Assembly (NCBI RefSeq): GCF_006345805.1
Contig: NW_021833941.1
Coordinates: 1-52,271, forward strand
Origin: Octopus sinensis
Taxonomy: Eukaryota
Direction of reading: 5' to 3'
Length of the DNA stretch: 52,271 bases
Below, piece after piece: positions 34,200 through 46,183 of the stretch. Numbering within the stretch: position 1 is the first letter of the stretch; every line of letters starts with the position of its first letter. The notes below the pieces were generated by a model that saw only the letters and a list, made by a program, of their open reading frames with translations, had not been told where the DNA came from and ran no database searches. Made by a program: the position numbers and the translations under genes.

Positions 34200-37029
34200 A
34201 TTTCCAATTGCAATTTCTTTCAATGTTTTTGAAGAATTTCATTCCATTCTTTCAAAATATTTGTCATTTATGATAGTTTGATTTTCATGTTCTTCAATTA
34301 ATTAATTGTCATTAAAATAAGAAATGTTATGTCCTCTTGTACGGAAAAAAGCCATAAATGGTGACATATTTATAGAAGAATGAATTGAAATATTGTACTA
34401 ATATACAATTTTTTCTAAAACATTCACCCATTTTTTCTGTTTGCCTGTGAGTTCTTTTTGAATCCATCTGCAAATGGTTTGATTACAACGCTCCACTTGT
34501 CCCTGTGATTCTGGATATCTTGGACGTTCCCTTTTATGAATTATTTTAAATTCTTCACATAATGACGTTATTTCTGAATTAACAAATTCTGTTTCGTTGT
34601 CAGACTGCAGAATTTTTGGTGAACCATAGGAAAGAAATATAGTTTTCAATGATTCCGAAACTGTAACTGCTTCTTTATTTTCTATTTTTTAGCAAAGCAA
34701 AATTTTGAATAAATATCTATGACATTCATAAGATATTTATAAGAATCATTTAAATCTGAATAAAAAAAGATCGACTAAATCAACTTGATAGCTAAAAATA
34801 AACTATTGAATGAACCGTTCTCGAGGTTCTTTGGCTACTATGTTGACTAGTGGATATTTTGTCTTTAAGGACTGACTTTGCTGACATTTGTGGCTTGATG
34901 ATATTACATCCCTAATTATGTTTCGATTGATTATGCAAAAATTATTTTTGCAATACTCTTCCATTTTATTAAATCCATAGTGATAAATTGAATGAATCAT
35001 TTCACAATGCAGTTTCATGGGTTCAAAATCATTTGAGGCAATTACCAATATTTTGTTTCCATCAGATTGTTCATAATATAGCACACCTATCATTAGATTT
35101 AATAGTACCTCCAGAATTTACGAAATTTCTACATTTTTTGAGAAAACAAAATCTTTTTAGTATTGAAAAATCTTCTATACCATTTACAAGTCAATTTTGC
35201 AGCTGAGAACATCATTTTTGCAATCTGGAAATTAAATTTGCAGTCAAGAATGGCAATTTTGCATGTAAGAAATCCGGTTTGCGGTTAGGAAAATCATTTT
35301 TGCAAATAGTAAATGAATTTTGCGACTGGGAAAACCAATTTTGCAATCAAGAAATTAAATTTGCGGTCATGAAAACCATTTTTGCAAGTGAGAAATTCTA
35401 TTTTGCAAGAAATTTTTATTACAAATAAGAATTGTCAGTTTAATCTTCACATCGAATAACTGAGGGGTAATATCTCTCCACATGATTCGAGAATTCCATT
35501 AACTTTTGTGGAGTTAATACTTCTTTTGCCTCAATTGCAATCCTTTCCAAGATTCTCATTCTGAATTCGGTTATTGACAGTCCCTCTGCATTTTTTTTAT
35601 AATTTATAATTATATCCATATTTTCACGAATTCTCTTCTTTACTTCAGCTTTGAATGAACTCCAAGCAAGTTCTATTGGGTTGATTAAATAAGAATATGG
35701 CGCTAGTCTTAATAATTCACTATTTTCTCCTGGATTTATTACAGACTCAAGTTGACTGCGAATAGGAGCATTATCAATTACGAATGTTGGATGTGTAACT
35801 CCTGATGCATCACATTCATTAATAAGTTGCCTAAACCATGTTTTACAGGACTCCCCTGTATATGAGCCTCTTCTGCACTTAAAATTATATATTTGTGACG
35901 ATGACATTGCAGCTATACAATGTAAATTTGACCCTCTGCTACTGGGTGCAAGAACAATAGACCGACATCCAATTTTTGAACGTCCTTCTTTACGACGACA
36001 AAATAAATTAAAATTTGACTCATCTATCCAAATTATAGTTCTTCCTTTAGATCTCGCATTCAAAAGACGTGTTAAATACTCCATTCTTTTTATTTTATTT
36101 TCCTCTGTATTCATGTTTATTGTGACTGGCCGAATTGATTTCAATGAAATTAATTGTCCATCAAGCCAATTTTTTACTGTATTTACACAAACAGTAACAT
36201 TGAATTGAGCTTGAATTTTTTCAGTACATTCGACCAGTGAGATCTGGCAATCGCATTCAATCCAAGTTAATAGAGCAGATATAATTTCTTCACTTTTTTT
36301 ACTCCAAATCTTTCCTCCTTTAGGAAGTAATTCAATTTTTTTATTTTTAATCCAATAATATGCGGTCCTTTCTTTCACTCCCAAAGACCTCATAAAGAGC
36401 GCCAATCTCCATCTCTATCGTGTGTGTCTATGATTAATTTCCGTTTTTCCATTGAATATTTTCCGTAATGTCCTCTTCCTTGTCTGTTTATGCAAATGTC
36501 TTCTGTACCATTTTCTTGTGAATTTTCGGAGACTTCTCGATTTTGTGCCATTTTTAATTTAATTTTAAACGCAAAAATACTTTATATATTGTTTAAACGC
36601 ATTAATGTTGCGTCAAGGTTATACAAAATGAATTTGCAAAATTGAATTTCCTGCTAGCAAAGGTAGTATTCCTACTAGCAAAATCGATTTTCCTAGCCGC
36701 AAATTTAATTTCCCACTTGCAAAACCGATTTTCATGACCGCAAATTAATTTTCTTGATTGCAAAATCGATTTTCTTAACCGCAAAAATCATTTCTTATTT
36801 GCAGGAATGAGTTTACTGACCGCAAATTAAATTTCGTACTTGCAAAATAGAGTTGTAAATGGTATAGTATTGTATTATTTATTAAAAATCAAGAATATTC
36901 TCATACTCCTGAACATCCTTTACAATTTTGGCAAATCTCATTCCGATAATATTATCTCAAAGTGCGAAATCATTTTTAATATTGAGTTTATAATTGTCAA
37001 GAGCTTAATTGAAGGTTAAATTCAAGGTT
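34200..37029 (-). mobile_element. Degenerate Ginger/gypsy-integrase-type element, interrupted by the 35178-36864 transposon
   Basis: Zinc-binding H..H..C region, QVDLVD, YGSPKILQSDNETEF, RPRYPESQGQVERCNQTI. The frame joins across the TA target. TGTAAC-type end at 37029. Confidence 0.75.
35178..36864 (-). mobile_element. IS630/Tc1-superfamily foldback-type transposon: TACCATTTACAA termini, inverted ~21-bp tandem arrays, DD33E transposase
   Basis: TA|TACCATTTACAA...TTGTAAATGGTA|TA. Arrays at ~35195-35410 and ~36630-36850. ORF 35440-36405 (WIDESNF, VIDNAP, LAPYS..NPIE; 33 residues D to E by hand count). The true ATG is probably 36551, upstream of frameshifts. Confidence 0.88.
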
Positions 37030-37547
37030 ACAGCGTTTCACTTTAGCGTGACATTAACCGACTCGCCAAAGTATTTGATTTTAGCCCGAAAAACCCAAAA
37101 AAATTTGTATCGTACAATTTTTCATTAAAAATAAAACTAGATTATTTGCATCCATAAAAGCTAGATTAATTGCCTTTGTTTTAAAAATAGTATTAAAAGG
37201 CAACTATTTGTTGAAATAGAATATTTGTTATCTTCAAAAAATTATTCTATACTAAATGAACTTCATCCTTTATCGTGTCAGGTTTAGCTCCATCCCTTAT
37301 CATTGATATTATTGATTCGTCTATCGCCAGCATACGCAAGGTTTAACTCCATCCCTTATCCAACGATATGCTGTTGTTCTCGAGAAATTGAGTTCAAGTG
37401 CTGTTTTTTTAATCCTTACCTGATTCTACAGCTGAAATTAAACGTATTTTATTTCTATGCATTTGATTTTTCTCTTCCAATGATTTACATGGCATTTTTA
37501 TTTGCTGCGTCGAAATATAATATTTATAATAAACGTAATCCTTTATT

Positions 37548-37724
37548 TTTTATTTTATTTTTTTTAATTTATCAAAACAATAAGGAAGTGAAAAGATAGC
37601 AAAGCTAATTACTGGTCTCACGAGACACCCGGCCAGCCTCGCGAATGGCGAAGCCGTTCCTTCGGATCACAGCAATCGACAGACGTTCCAGGAGCCAAGA
37701 ATACTCTCTTGGATCGTGGCTTGG
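37548..37724 (-). mobile_element. 177-bp CRE-like 3' fragment with a 10-bp TSD
   Basis: SHDPREYSWLLERLSIAVIRRNG plus an A-rich tail. TSD ATCCTTTATT at 37538-37547 and 37725-37734. Confidence 0.8.
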
Positions 37725-37732
37725 ATCCTTTA

Positions 37733-37940
37733 TTAATCCCATTAAATTTGTTATTAATCCCACTTAGTTTGATGTTAATCCCATTTAGTTTTCTGCTAAT
37801 CGCACTTAGTTTGATGTTAATCCCACTTAGTTTGACATTAATCCCACTTAGTTTTCTGCTAATCCCACTTAGTTTGCTGTTAATCCCACTTAGTTTGACG
37901 TTAATCCCACTTAGTTTAGTGTTAATCCCATTTAGTATGG
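37733..37940. repeat. ~10 copies of a 21-bp unit (TTAATCCCACTTAGTTTGATG), a transposon subterminal array
   Basis: Directly visible. It explains the LIPLS-repeat ORF 37709-37978. Confidence 0.92.
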
Positions 37941-38254
37941 GAAATGGTATACATGCTTATTATTCTGGCCTTGAGTAGTCCCAACCCTCGAAATTTATAC
38001 TTTATGTAGGCCCAGATGTGCTCTATTGGATCTAAATCAGGACTTTGAGTAAACCATTCAAGTTTTTTAATATTTTTCGCCTATCAATTTGCATGCTTCA
38101 GATCGGTTTACATAAAAATAAAATTTTTTAATCCTATTTTGTATAAGAAGAGTGCCAGGAGAATTTCTCGCCACGCTATCATACAATATGCAGTGCGGCG
38201 TCCGTGAGCTGATCCTTAGGCTCTCGACTACTTTTTCAAGCACCCACCATAGCT

Positions 38255-38390
38255 AGTGATGCCCACTTTCACGATAACAATCTCCCTGATGACCTTATCG
38301 TAAACCACAATGCTGACAACGAGTTTATGCTAGACAACGATTGAGGTGCGTATGCTGGCGATAGACGAATCAATGATATTTAGTCAATGC
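38255..38390 (+). mobile_element. Possible piggyBac transposase remnant
   Basis: HFHDN and LAIDESMIF resemble piggyBac LHF.DN and IDESM. Short and degenerate. Confidence 0.3.
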
Positions 38391-38543
38391 CTACTGGTTC
38401 TATAAATTCTCTAAAATATAATCAATACAATTTGAAAAATGAAATATCTAAGTTTCTAAATAATTCATCGAGACTCGAAAAAATAAATATCATTAAAAAT
38501 GACACAAATTCTCATTGAGCTGAATTTAATGATAAAAAAGAAA

Positions 38544-39540
38544 TTAGTTACTCATTCTGATAATCTCAAAAATATATAAGTTTGGCAAAGCATAAACATC
38601 ACTATTGAAGATAGGAACAGGAGAGCAAAAAGGATTTTGGATTGGTAATGACATAAAGCATGCAAGTTCGGCTTCATTAACGCATTTGAGAGTGTATTCA
38701 TAAATTTCCAGACAATAATCAGTAAAAAAAATCCGAAAATCCTTTTTCTAAAATGATTATAACATGGAATTTAACAATTATATATTTCAGAGTGTCCAAC
38801 CAACTTTCATATGCTGGCAAACCTGCGTTAAATGCTATTAAATAAATTTGTAGCAGAAAACCTAAAAATAAATCAGGAGGTCTTATTGTATTGATATGAT
38901 GGTAGCAATTTTTAATGAAACAAAAGTGGCAATTCTGAAATCGGATAGACTTTCCGTCAACGTGAATGGAAATTTCGGGACCAATAAATATAATATTGAA
39001 ATATATCCCGGGCATTAAGTAATTCAATTCCTAAGAAAATCGATCAATCTCAAAAACCAGAAAAATAAGAGATAAATCTGCCTCTTTCTGACATCCTACT
39101 AAATGAATGGTCAACTCATCAGAACAAATCTGTTTATAACCTAACAAAACTAATTGTATCATTTTTACAATTTTTGAGAATATAATATAATGTTAGTGGC
39201 CAGTGAAGCACAACAGCCAGTGGAGACGTTGATGAAAGTTTTCGAGATCTGTAGTATGATTCCCAGTCAGTAATTGAGGACTCGATATTTCGCTGTGATA
39301 ATATCTGTTGCACATCTTGCACACAGTTTGATTCAAATGGCAGATTCCCTTTAAACTAAAATAGGTTTCAGTACCAAATTGTGTTCTGCCCATAGTACAG
39401 CTTTCTATTTCATAGTTCCAGATTATATTTGATACCTGGGAATATGCTTTGAGCCATTCTATATATTTTTGTAAATTAAAATCCGCTTTATTGAAATTTT
39501 TAAATAATTGGCAAATATTAACTAGCTCTTTTGAATTCAT
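38544..39540 (-). CDS. MSS51_C-domain (ZMYND15/MSS51-like) protein, no MYND finger seen; apparent 1-bp frameshift near the C-terminus
   Basis: WESYYRSRKL..SPLAVVLHWPLTLYYI; FIGPEIS; YH..PPDLFLGFNAGLPAYESWLDTL; FFTDYC; NPF/SP, joined across ~26-28-nt introns. Confidence 0.75.
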
Positions 39541-39772
39541 ATATTGAAAATTTTCTTGTCAATAATTATTTTTATTAAAATATATTAAAAATATAGTAGA
39601 ATAACTGCACAGCCTGTCAAAAGTTCACCACGACCTTTATGGACACTATTAAATAATTAAAAAAGTTATATGTTTGAATTGAATATTACGTAAAACTAAA
39701 TTAATATAAAAGGACATTGAATTTTCAGTCTTTTTTTTAATTAAAGGTCTTTTTAATATAATTTATAGTTGA

Positions 39773-41517
39773 TTTGTTTTTCCCAACTTCTTTGGGATGC
39801 TTTCAGTTTCTTAGTGATGGTATCATTTAGATTCTTTATTTCTTTTCTTCCTCCGGGAATAGAAATTAGATTCTTTTTAAGAAAGTTTCTTTTTCTAATA
39901 AGAATTTTTGTCTCCTGGTTGAGATTTTCTTCGAAGTGATGGTAAGTGCATTTTGGGATAAATAGTTTTCTACCCAGCAAGATCGCCTCATTTAGGTACA
40001 GCTCCGTCGATTGATTTGAACAGTTTAGTATCAAAGTTTTGCAGCATTGCGTCGGTGAAGTTAGCATATCCCTCCCAGTTTGCGCTCTTGTAATTGAAAA
40101 AGGACATAGCTTTGTTCGTACGGGGAAGGGTTTTTTTGATCATGATGATGATTGGATTGTGATCTGAATTAAGATCGTAGTCTACTGTCCATGAAATGGC
40201 CGAAGATAAGTTAGTTGAGGATAGTTTAATGTCCGGAGATGTTAACCATTCGGTATCCTTATAAGGTGTCCTAGTGTGGGTCTTCGGATTGTTAAGGAAA
40301 GACATGGCAAAGAGTTGTTTCAATAGAGACATCCTCTCGAGTCTGCCCGTTGGGATTTAAGCCAAGTCGGATGCTTTGCGTCCAAGTCTCCGCAAATAAA
40401 AAGGTTCTTTAAATTGGATAGCTTTGAGAAGTTTGGATTGAATCCCTTTGGACAAGACGGAGGGGGTGGAACATATATGTTGGCAATAGTGGTCTTTCCA
40501 AATTTAGTATTCAACGAAAATATTCGGCCTATCGATCGACTCGAACATAAAACTCTGGCTTTCGAATTTCCTCAGCGAAAGGAGAGGGCGTGTATGCCTG
40601 AATGGAATCAAATCAATCTCAAGATTACTTCCAAATGGAGTTTTCCAAGGCTCCCCCTCTCTCCTGCTCTATTCAATTTATACCTATCCGACATTCCTAA
40701 CCCTGAAATGGAAGACTCATTCATTCTCGCCTACGCTGACGACCTACTCATTGGATCACGTGATCAAGACATCTCGAAAGCTTCCAAAAGAACACAAGAT
40801 CTCTTATTACAAATTCGAACTTGGCTATGTCAAAACAGGATGAACATCTCCCCGAAAAATCGTCCACTACCTTAATTACGTCGGACAAGAGACTTGGAAG
40901 CCATACTGTTGATCTTTTTCTGGACAACGAAAAGATCCCATTCACGAAGAACCCTAAAATCCTGGGGGTCACTTTTGACACCCACATGTGTTTTACTGCC
41001 CATTTAGAGAAGGCCATCGGATCCAGTCAGAGAAAGATTGGACTAATCAAATCGATTTTTGGCGGACTAAAGATACCGTTCCCGGCTTTCGGCACTCTCT
41101 ACAAACAATTCATCTTACCAACAATTGGCTATGCCTGCGCCGCATGGAGTACTAATCTCTCATGGTCTAACCGCCTTAAAATCGAGACTACACTATGCCG
41201 AGCCGCGGCTAGCATAACGAAAATTTCCAACTTGAACAACATTATCCCAACTCCGCTTGACCACCTTATTAAGAAAGATGGAAAGGGTTTCTTAGCCATC
41301 CAACAAGACCACCTGCCAAAAGACCTTAACAACCAGAAGCACATCACCCCGATTCAATTCCTCACAAAAACTGCTCCCCGCCCGTCCCGCACTTGCGTTG
41401 GGTCCAGAGTCCAACATCGGGAAAAGCTGAGAAAGATTTTGAGGATTGTTGGAATCACCTAATTAATTACCCTAATTAACTGTTGGTGATTCTTGGGTTA
41501 AATAAATAAAATAAAAA
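39773..41517 (+). mobile_element. I-group-like LINE insertion with an inverted 5' segment (APE on the minus strand, RT and 3' end on plus)
   Basis: 13-bp TSD AATTTATAGTTGA at 39760-39772 and 41518-41530. Minus strand: NIYVPP, ICGDLDAKH, SPDI, LNSDHNPI. Plus strand from ~40535: WLSNFLSER, QGSPLSPALFN, YADD, PKILGVTFD, A-rich tail. Confidence 0.88.
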
Positions 41518-41606
41518 AATTTATAGTTGAGACTGAAGGGATAACTAGCCATGGGAATTCCCCTTTGATATCGACTAAAAAAACAATCCTTTACAAAAAA
41601 TAAGTC

Positions 41607-44600
41607 TCAATCAAAATAAGACGACAATGATTCCAACAATGATTTGTCCTTCAACGAAATGGAATTCAACACTGCCCTCACAATCTGAATGCGAAAATTC
41701 GACCGCTCTAATCGATCTCCAATGACGCGTGCCGTCCTTATGATCTAATAAATATAAACTAACAAAAAGAAACATTTTCTGGAAGTCCTGCCAATCGTGC
41801 AACGTTAAGTCCATAACTAGGCGAAGAACCATTTACAAAACTATAAAGAAAAGTAACGATTTCCCGATCGTCCACATGACAAGCCTAATATTCGTCAAAT
41901 ATCATCAAACCATGAAACCCCTAGGAAAAGTGGGAAAATCTGCCAATAAACAATGGTAATGAGTAGCGAATAAGCATCTACATCCAACACGGCCCAAATG
42001 GGATGTTACCGCCTTAGCTATGGCTGTTCCATCGTAAGTGGCGGTGCCCCTCCCTACATCTAGAGAACTGACAGGACAAGCCTAGTTCATCCAACAGGAC
42101 AAATGAATTGTTAGTTGCGTATTTGAGGATGGACGAGGTTTCAATTAATTCTACGAAAAAAGTGCTTTGTCCCTCGTTAATCCGGTCTGAAGCTCCCAAA
42201 CGAGTAAAAATACGGTCAACGGGAGACATAGTACATTCTCTGGCGGGAACAAAACTCCCCTACAAAATATTACATTCTTTGAAGTACCAAATGAGTCATA
42301 AGAACTAAAAGACCAGCCATTCTCATTAAAGTGGACTTTCCACCCATATTTGCCCCAGTGATGAACATAAGCTGATTAGTTCCTTCAATAGAAAGGTCAT
42401 TTGGAATAAAATCAGACTTTCTACTTAGAATTGGGTGAAGTCCTCTCGATATTCTCAAATAAGGAGACTGGCTCTTCACAGTTTATAAAACCAAGACAAA
42501 CTGGATTTATGGTGGGGCGAGTCATTTCGGCGGACTGGAGACTGTAATACGTGAGAGAACACAGAACATCAAGAACGGAGACGCACTCCACGACCCCAAT
42601 CCATTCTCCATAACTAATATCAGCAAACATCCTTATACTGTGCATCAAATGACTCTAGAACAGCTCTAAGCATATCTTTAGACACGGCTGCCTTATTTTC
42701 TTCACATTGGGTTAATTTAGTTATCAGTGAAATCAATTCATGGCTTCTATACCTTCGATAACCCTTCCGTTGTCCCATCAGTTCACCTTCAATTTCCAAC
42801 CTATGGAAGATTCTTTGAAATAAAAGTTACCATTCTGGAACTTCCAGCTGATAGCGATTTCGACCCGTCCCTACATAACTCATGTCCTTGGTTCCATATA
42901 TAAATTTTTGTGCGGTCAAATAGTCCTCTATGGATTTGATGGCTTCTTCTTCCAACACACAGGCTTTGTCAAAATCTGGATCCACTCCACTGAGTGGTAG
43001 AATTGTCCCAGCCGAGTCTGAGCCGGCCAAATCATAGGAGTTCTAAGACGAATACACAATATTCGCTATAAACCATAAAATGATCAAGAAGGTCAGTCAC
43101 GTCCGGCAGATTGCCTCCATCCTCAATTAAGGTTAGGGTTGATATAAGTTGTCGAGATCTAGCAGTAGAAAATACAAAAAAGACCGAAATGATGATACAA
43201 GTTTTCCAAAACCAAGACAAATATTGAACGCCTTTCCCATTCCCCGTAGGACGGAAAGGAAATCGGTGATCCTTCGTCGAACCCGCTTTTCTTCGTCAAA
43301 AAATATTGCTCGACTGTCGGGATGAGAGGTCGCTCTATTTTTGCTCCCATATTGGTGAATTCTACACAAATTTTGTGAATTGAGATAATAATAAAAGGAT
43401 TAAGAAAACCTTGACAACATTCTTTCAAGATCAGGGAGGGCTGACATTTCCAACCAACTCTCCTGGAGAAGAGAGCGGTTGGCTCTTAAATCCTCAATAG
43501 CATCTAATCTATCGTTTATAACGACGGAAGAACACGCTGGATTACAAACCCAAGTATACAATAATCGTTTACCTATGTATAAGCATCATAACAAATTTAC
43601 CAAATTGGGTTTTGCAGTTATTCAGAACATCAAAGAGACTATTCCCATTCGAACCCGTGATATTTAAATTTTGATGAGTAACAGAATCAATTATCTACAA
43701 TTACAGATTATTTAGTAAGACCATTCGCTTAGATTCTGGAAATTGTCGATATGCGACATGCCCTCCAGTAGAGAGTTCATACCACACCACATTCCCCATC
43801 GATAAGAGTTCGTCGTCGATCAGACATCTTCGCAGATAGAATATAATCCCTCCAAATGCTCTCATTACTAAGTCCCTGTCTTCCCTTGGCATGACACCGT
43901 CAAATGTTAGTTGTTGTAATAAATCAGTTGGAAATTTTGTTAAATAATCTTTTTCCCGGAGGTCTCTCATTGTACTCTCAGCCGACCAAGAACTCGAGTT
44001 GACCGGAAACGTCGATCTAAGTACAGAAGGCAACGATTCCAGAAATGATTTGGTGTCCGTTGACAAAGCTTTGACACTCCGAGAGAGTATGTGACCAATG
44101 GGGAAATTGGAGTTAATAATTCTGAGATTAGACCGAAGTTTGTCGTCTTTAAACTGGCACAACTTAATTTAGAATCTTCATAAATTTACATGAAATTTTC
44201 CGATAGTGGTGTCTACAAAGACAACACCTATTTCAGCAGTTCCGTCCTCGTTGGGGTCTTCGGAAAAGGACAGCAAATATTGGGGAGTATGGCCTGCTTG
44301 CTCTCTTCTGGTTCCTATGCTTTCAATTTGACAAAGCTCTCGGCGGACAACTTTCTCTAAATTGGAGTATATTATTGAATCAACCTAAGTTCTGTTTGGC
44401 CATTTCAGGAGTTTCCGTCTGTTCTATTCGTCCAACACGATATCCTCTCTCTACCAACACTGAGGCATACCGACTAAATGAGGCCTCCGGAAAACCAGCA
44501 TGAGCATAGTCACCCTAATCACACCATTACATATTTTAGTAAATTAATTAAATAAATACTTTCATGTAAGCTATTCCCAATTCCTGAACACATACAATGG

Positions 44601-45149
44601 CGTCCATGTGAAAGGATTCGTAGAACTTGCCCATTTTGAAGAGAAGGATGACGTCATAATTCCGAGACTTGATCTCCCACCACTGCCTCATTGCCTGATG
44701 AATATAAATAATGCCAATACAGGAGTTTGCTTTTTGAGAAATTCGCGTGGTACTAACAGACTAGACGAATCATAGTCCGGATCGGTGTTATGTAATCCAT
44801 TTCGGTCACTAAAAACTAGTTTTAAATAATTTCACCAAATATTTTCAGTGGATAAAAATTCAAAATTAAAATGACTGAATTGTCCATTCGTCTCATTCAT
44901 AAGTGGCGCACAAGTCGTCGATTTTCGTGCTATTTTTGGTTCATTTTGTGTAAAAGACTCTTCCGTCATAGAAACCGATTCATCTTCACTGCTTATTACC
45001 ATGCTGGCACGTCTCCGTATAGAAGAACATTTCTCTATTATGTTAGGACTTTTCAGTGGTGTTGAATTTAGAGGTTTGGAAATTTGGGTTGTTGTCTGTT
45101 CCGCGTTTTTACTTTTCTTAAAGAAATTTAATAATGAAGGTTGAGGCAT
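41607..45149 (-). CDS. MSH6: MSH6, copy B
   Basis: Identical ORF fragments at a constant offset of 41335. Confidence 0.97.
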
Positions 45150-45465
45150 GCACCACAACGACGATACCAAAAATTTGAAAATTCGCGCTTTATCTATCAA
45201 TTCGAATATCACACATAAATGAACTTTTATTAAAAAATAAAACTGTCAAACTTTTATAATTGATTTTTCCTTTTGTCCCAAATTATCTACTAAGCCTGCA
45301 AACACAATACTTTTCTAATGGCTCTAAAGTGGGATTATGTCCTGTAAGCTTTTTTAAAATTCACTTTCTACTCGATATTCATTCTCTACTTCTTTTCTAC
45401 TTTTCAATATAAATACTCGTTATCTTTCATTCAGAATATGTTTTAATACACTATTTGCCTTAAAG

Positions 45466-46183
45466 CAGCGTTTCCCAACCTTTTTGTGCTCGCGGCACTT
45501 AAAACTAGGTTTTTTTCTCCCGGCACTTAAAAAATCAATATTCATTAGAAATGTTTTTATAATTAATATATTCAAGAAACTTAACGCAAAATTACCAAAA
45601 GTAGTTATAATAACTAATGAGACAAATGTGCTTGTTTATGTGCACACAAAATTTCCAGACGGGGACGAATTTGCGACAAACATACGCGGAGGTCATCTAA
45701 AGCTCTTTGAGAAACGTGAAGTGTTTTAACGAATGTGGCACTTTGAGTCTCCTAGGATTTTAACATGTTCTTGAAATATGATGATTTCTTATCTCTTAAA
45801 GAAAAGTGCATAGTGGCTAAATGCCTTTTCATCTTAGACGGGACCATCCCATCATTTAAAAGAATTTTACTGCATACAATACACCTTGGTAGTGGCAATG
45901 CACAATCTCCATTCCATGTAAATCCATAGTTCAAATATTTTTCAGAATAAATTCGTATTTTTTTGTTTTTTTTATTCGCCGAAGATTGAGGATGTGAACC
46001 ACCAAAAAATTGCTCATAACTAACTATTTTAATTTTAAAATTTTTCAAGTTTTTTTAATTGAATTAAAATATTATTATACAACTATAAATAATTTTTAAT
46101 TTTAAATATTAAAGATCTCGCGGCACCTAAAACCAGATCTCGAGGCACCAAAAGTGCCGCGGCACCCCAGTTGGGAATCGCTG
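45466..46183 (-). mobile_element. Complete 718-bp hAT Buster-type non-autonomous element
   Basis: TIRs CAGCGTTTCCCAAC / GTTGGGAATCGCTG. Perfect 8-bp TSD CCTTAAAG (45458-45465, 46184-46191) fits the Buster nnnTAnnn target. Confidence 0.92.

Larger units (their letters stand above)
37270..37949 (-). mobile_element. Truncated second subfamily member of the TACCATTT family: terminus, 21-bp array, then transposase HTH start
   Basis: End ...GGAAATGGTA|TA at 37949. ATG at 37495 gives KIRLISAVESGKD..ELNFSRTTAYRWIRDG, homologous to the 35-kb transposase N-terminus. Confidence 0.75.

Noticed and set aside
36602-36784. Repetitive ORF (RKIDFASR...)
   Set aside because: It is a translation of the 21-bp subterminal array.
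37733-37940. 21-bp array as a CRISPR or as a heptad-repeat protein (ORF 37709-37978)
   Set aside because: No unique spacers and no cas genes. It abuts a transposon terminus and parallels the arrays at 35.2 and 36.7 kb.
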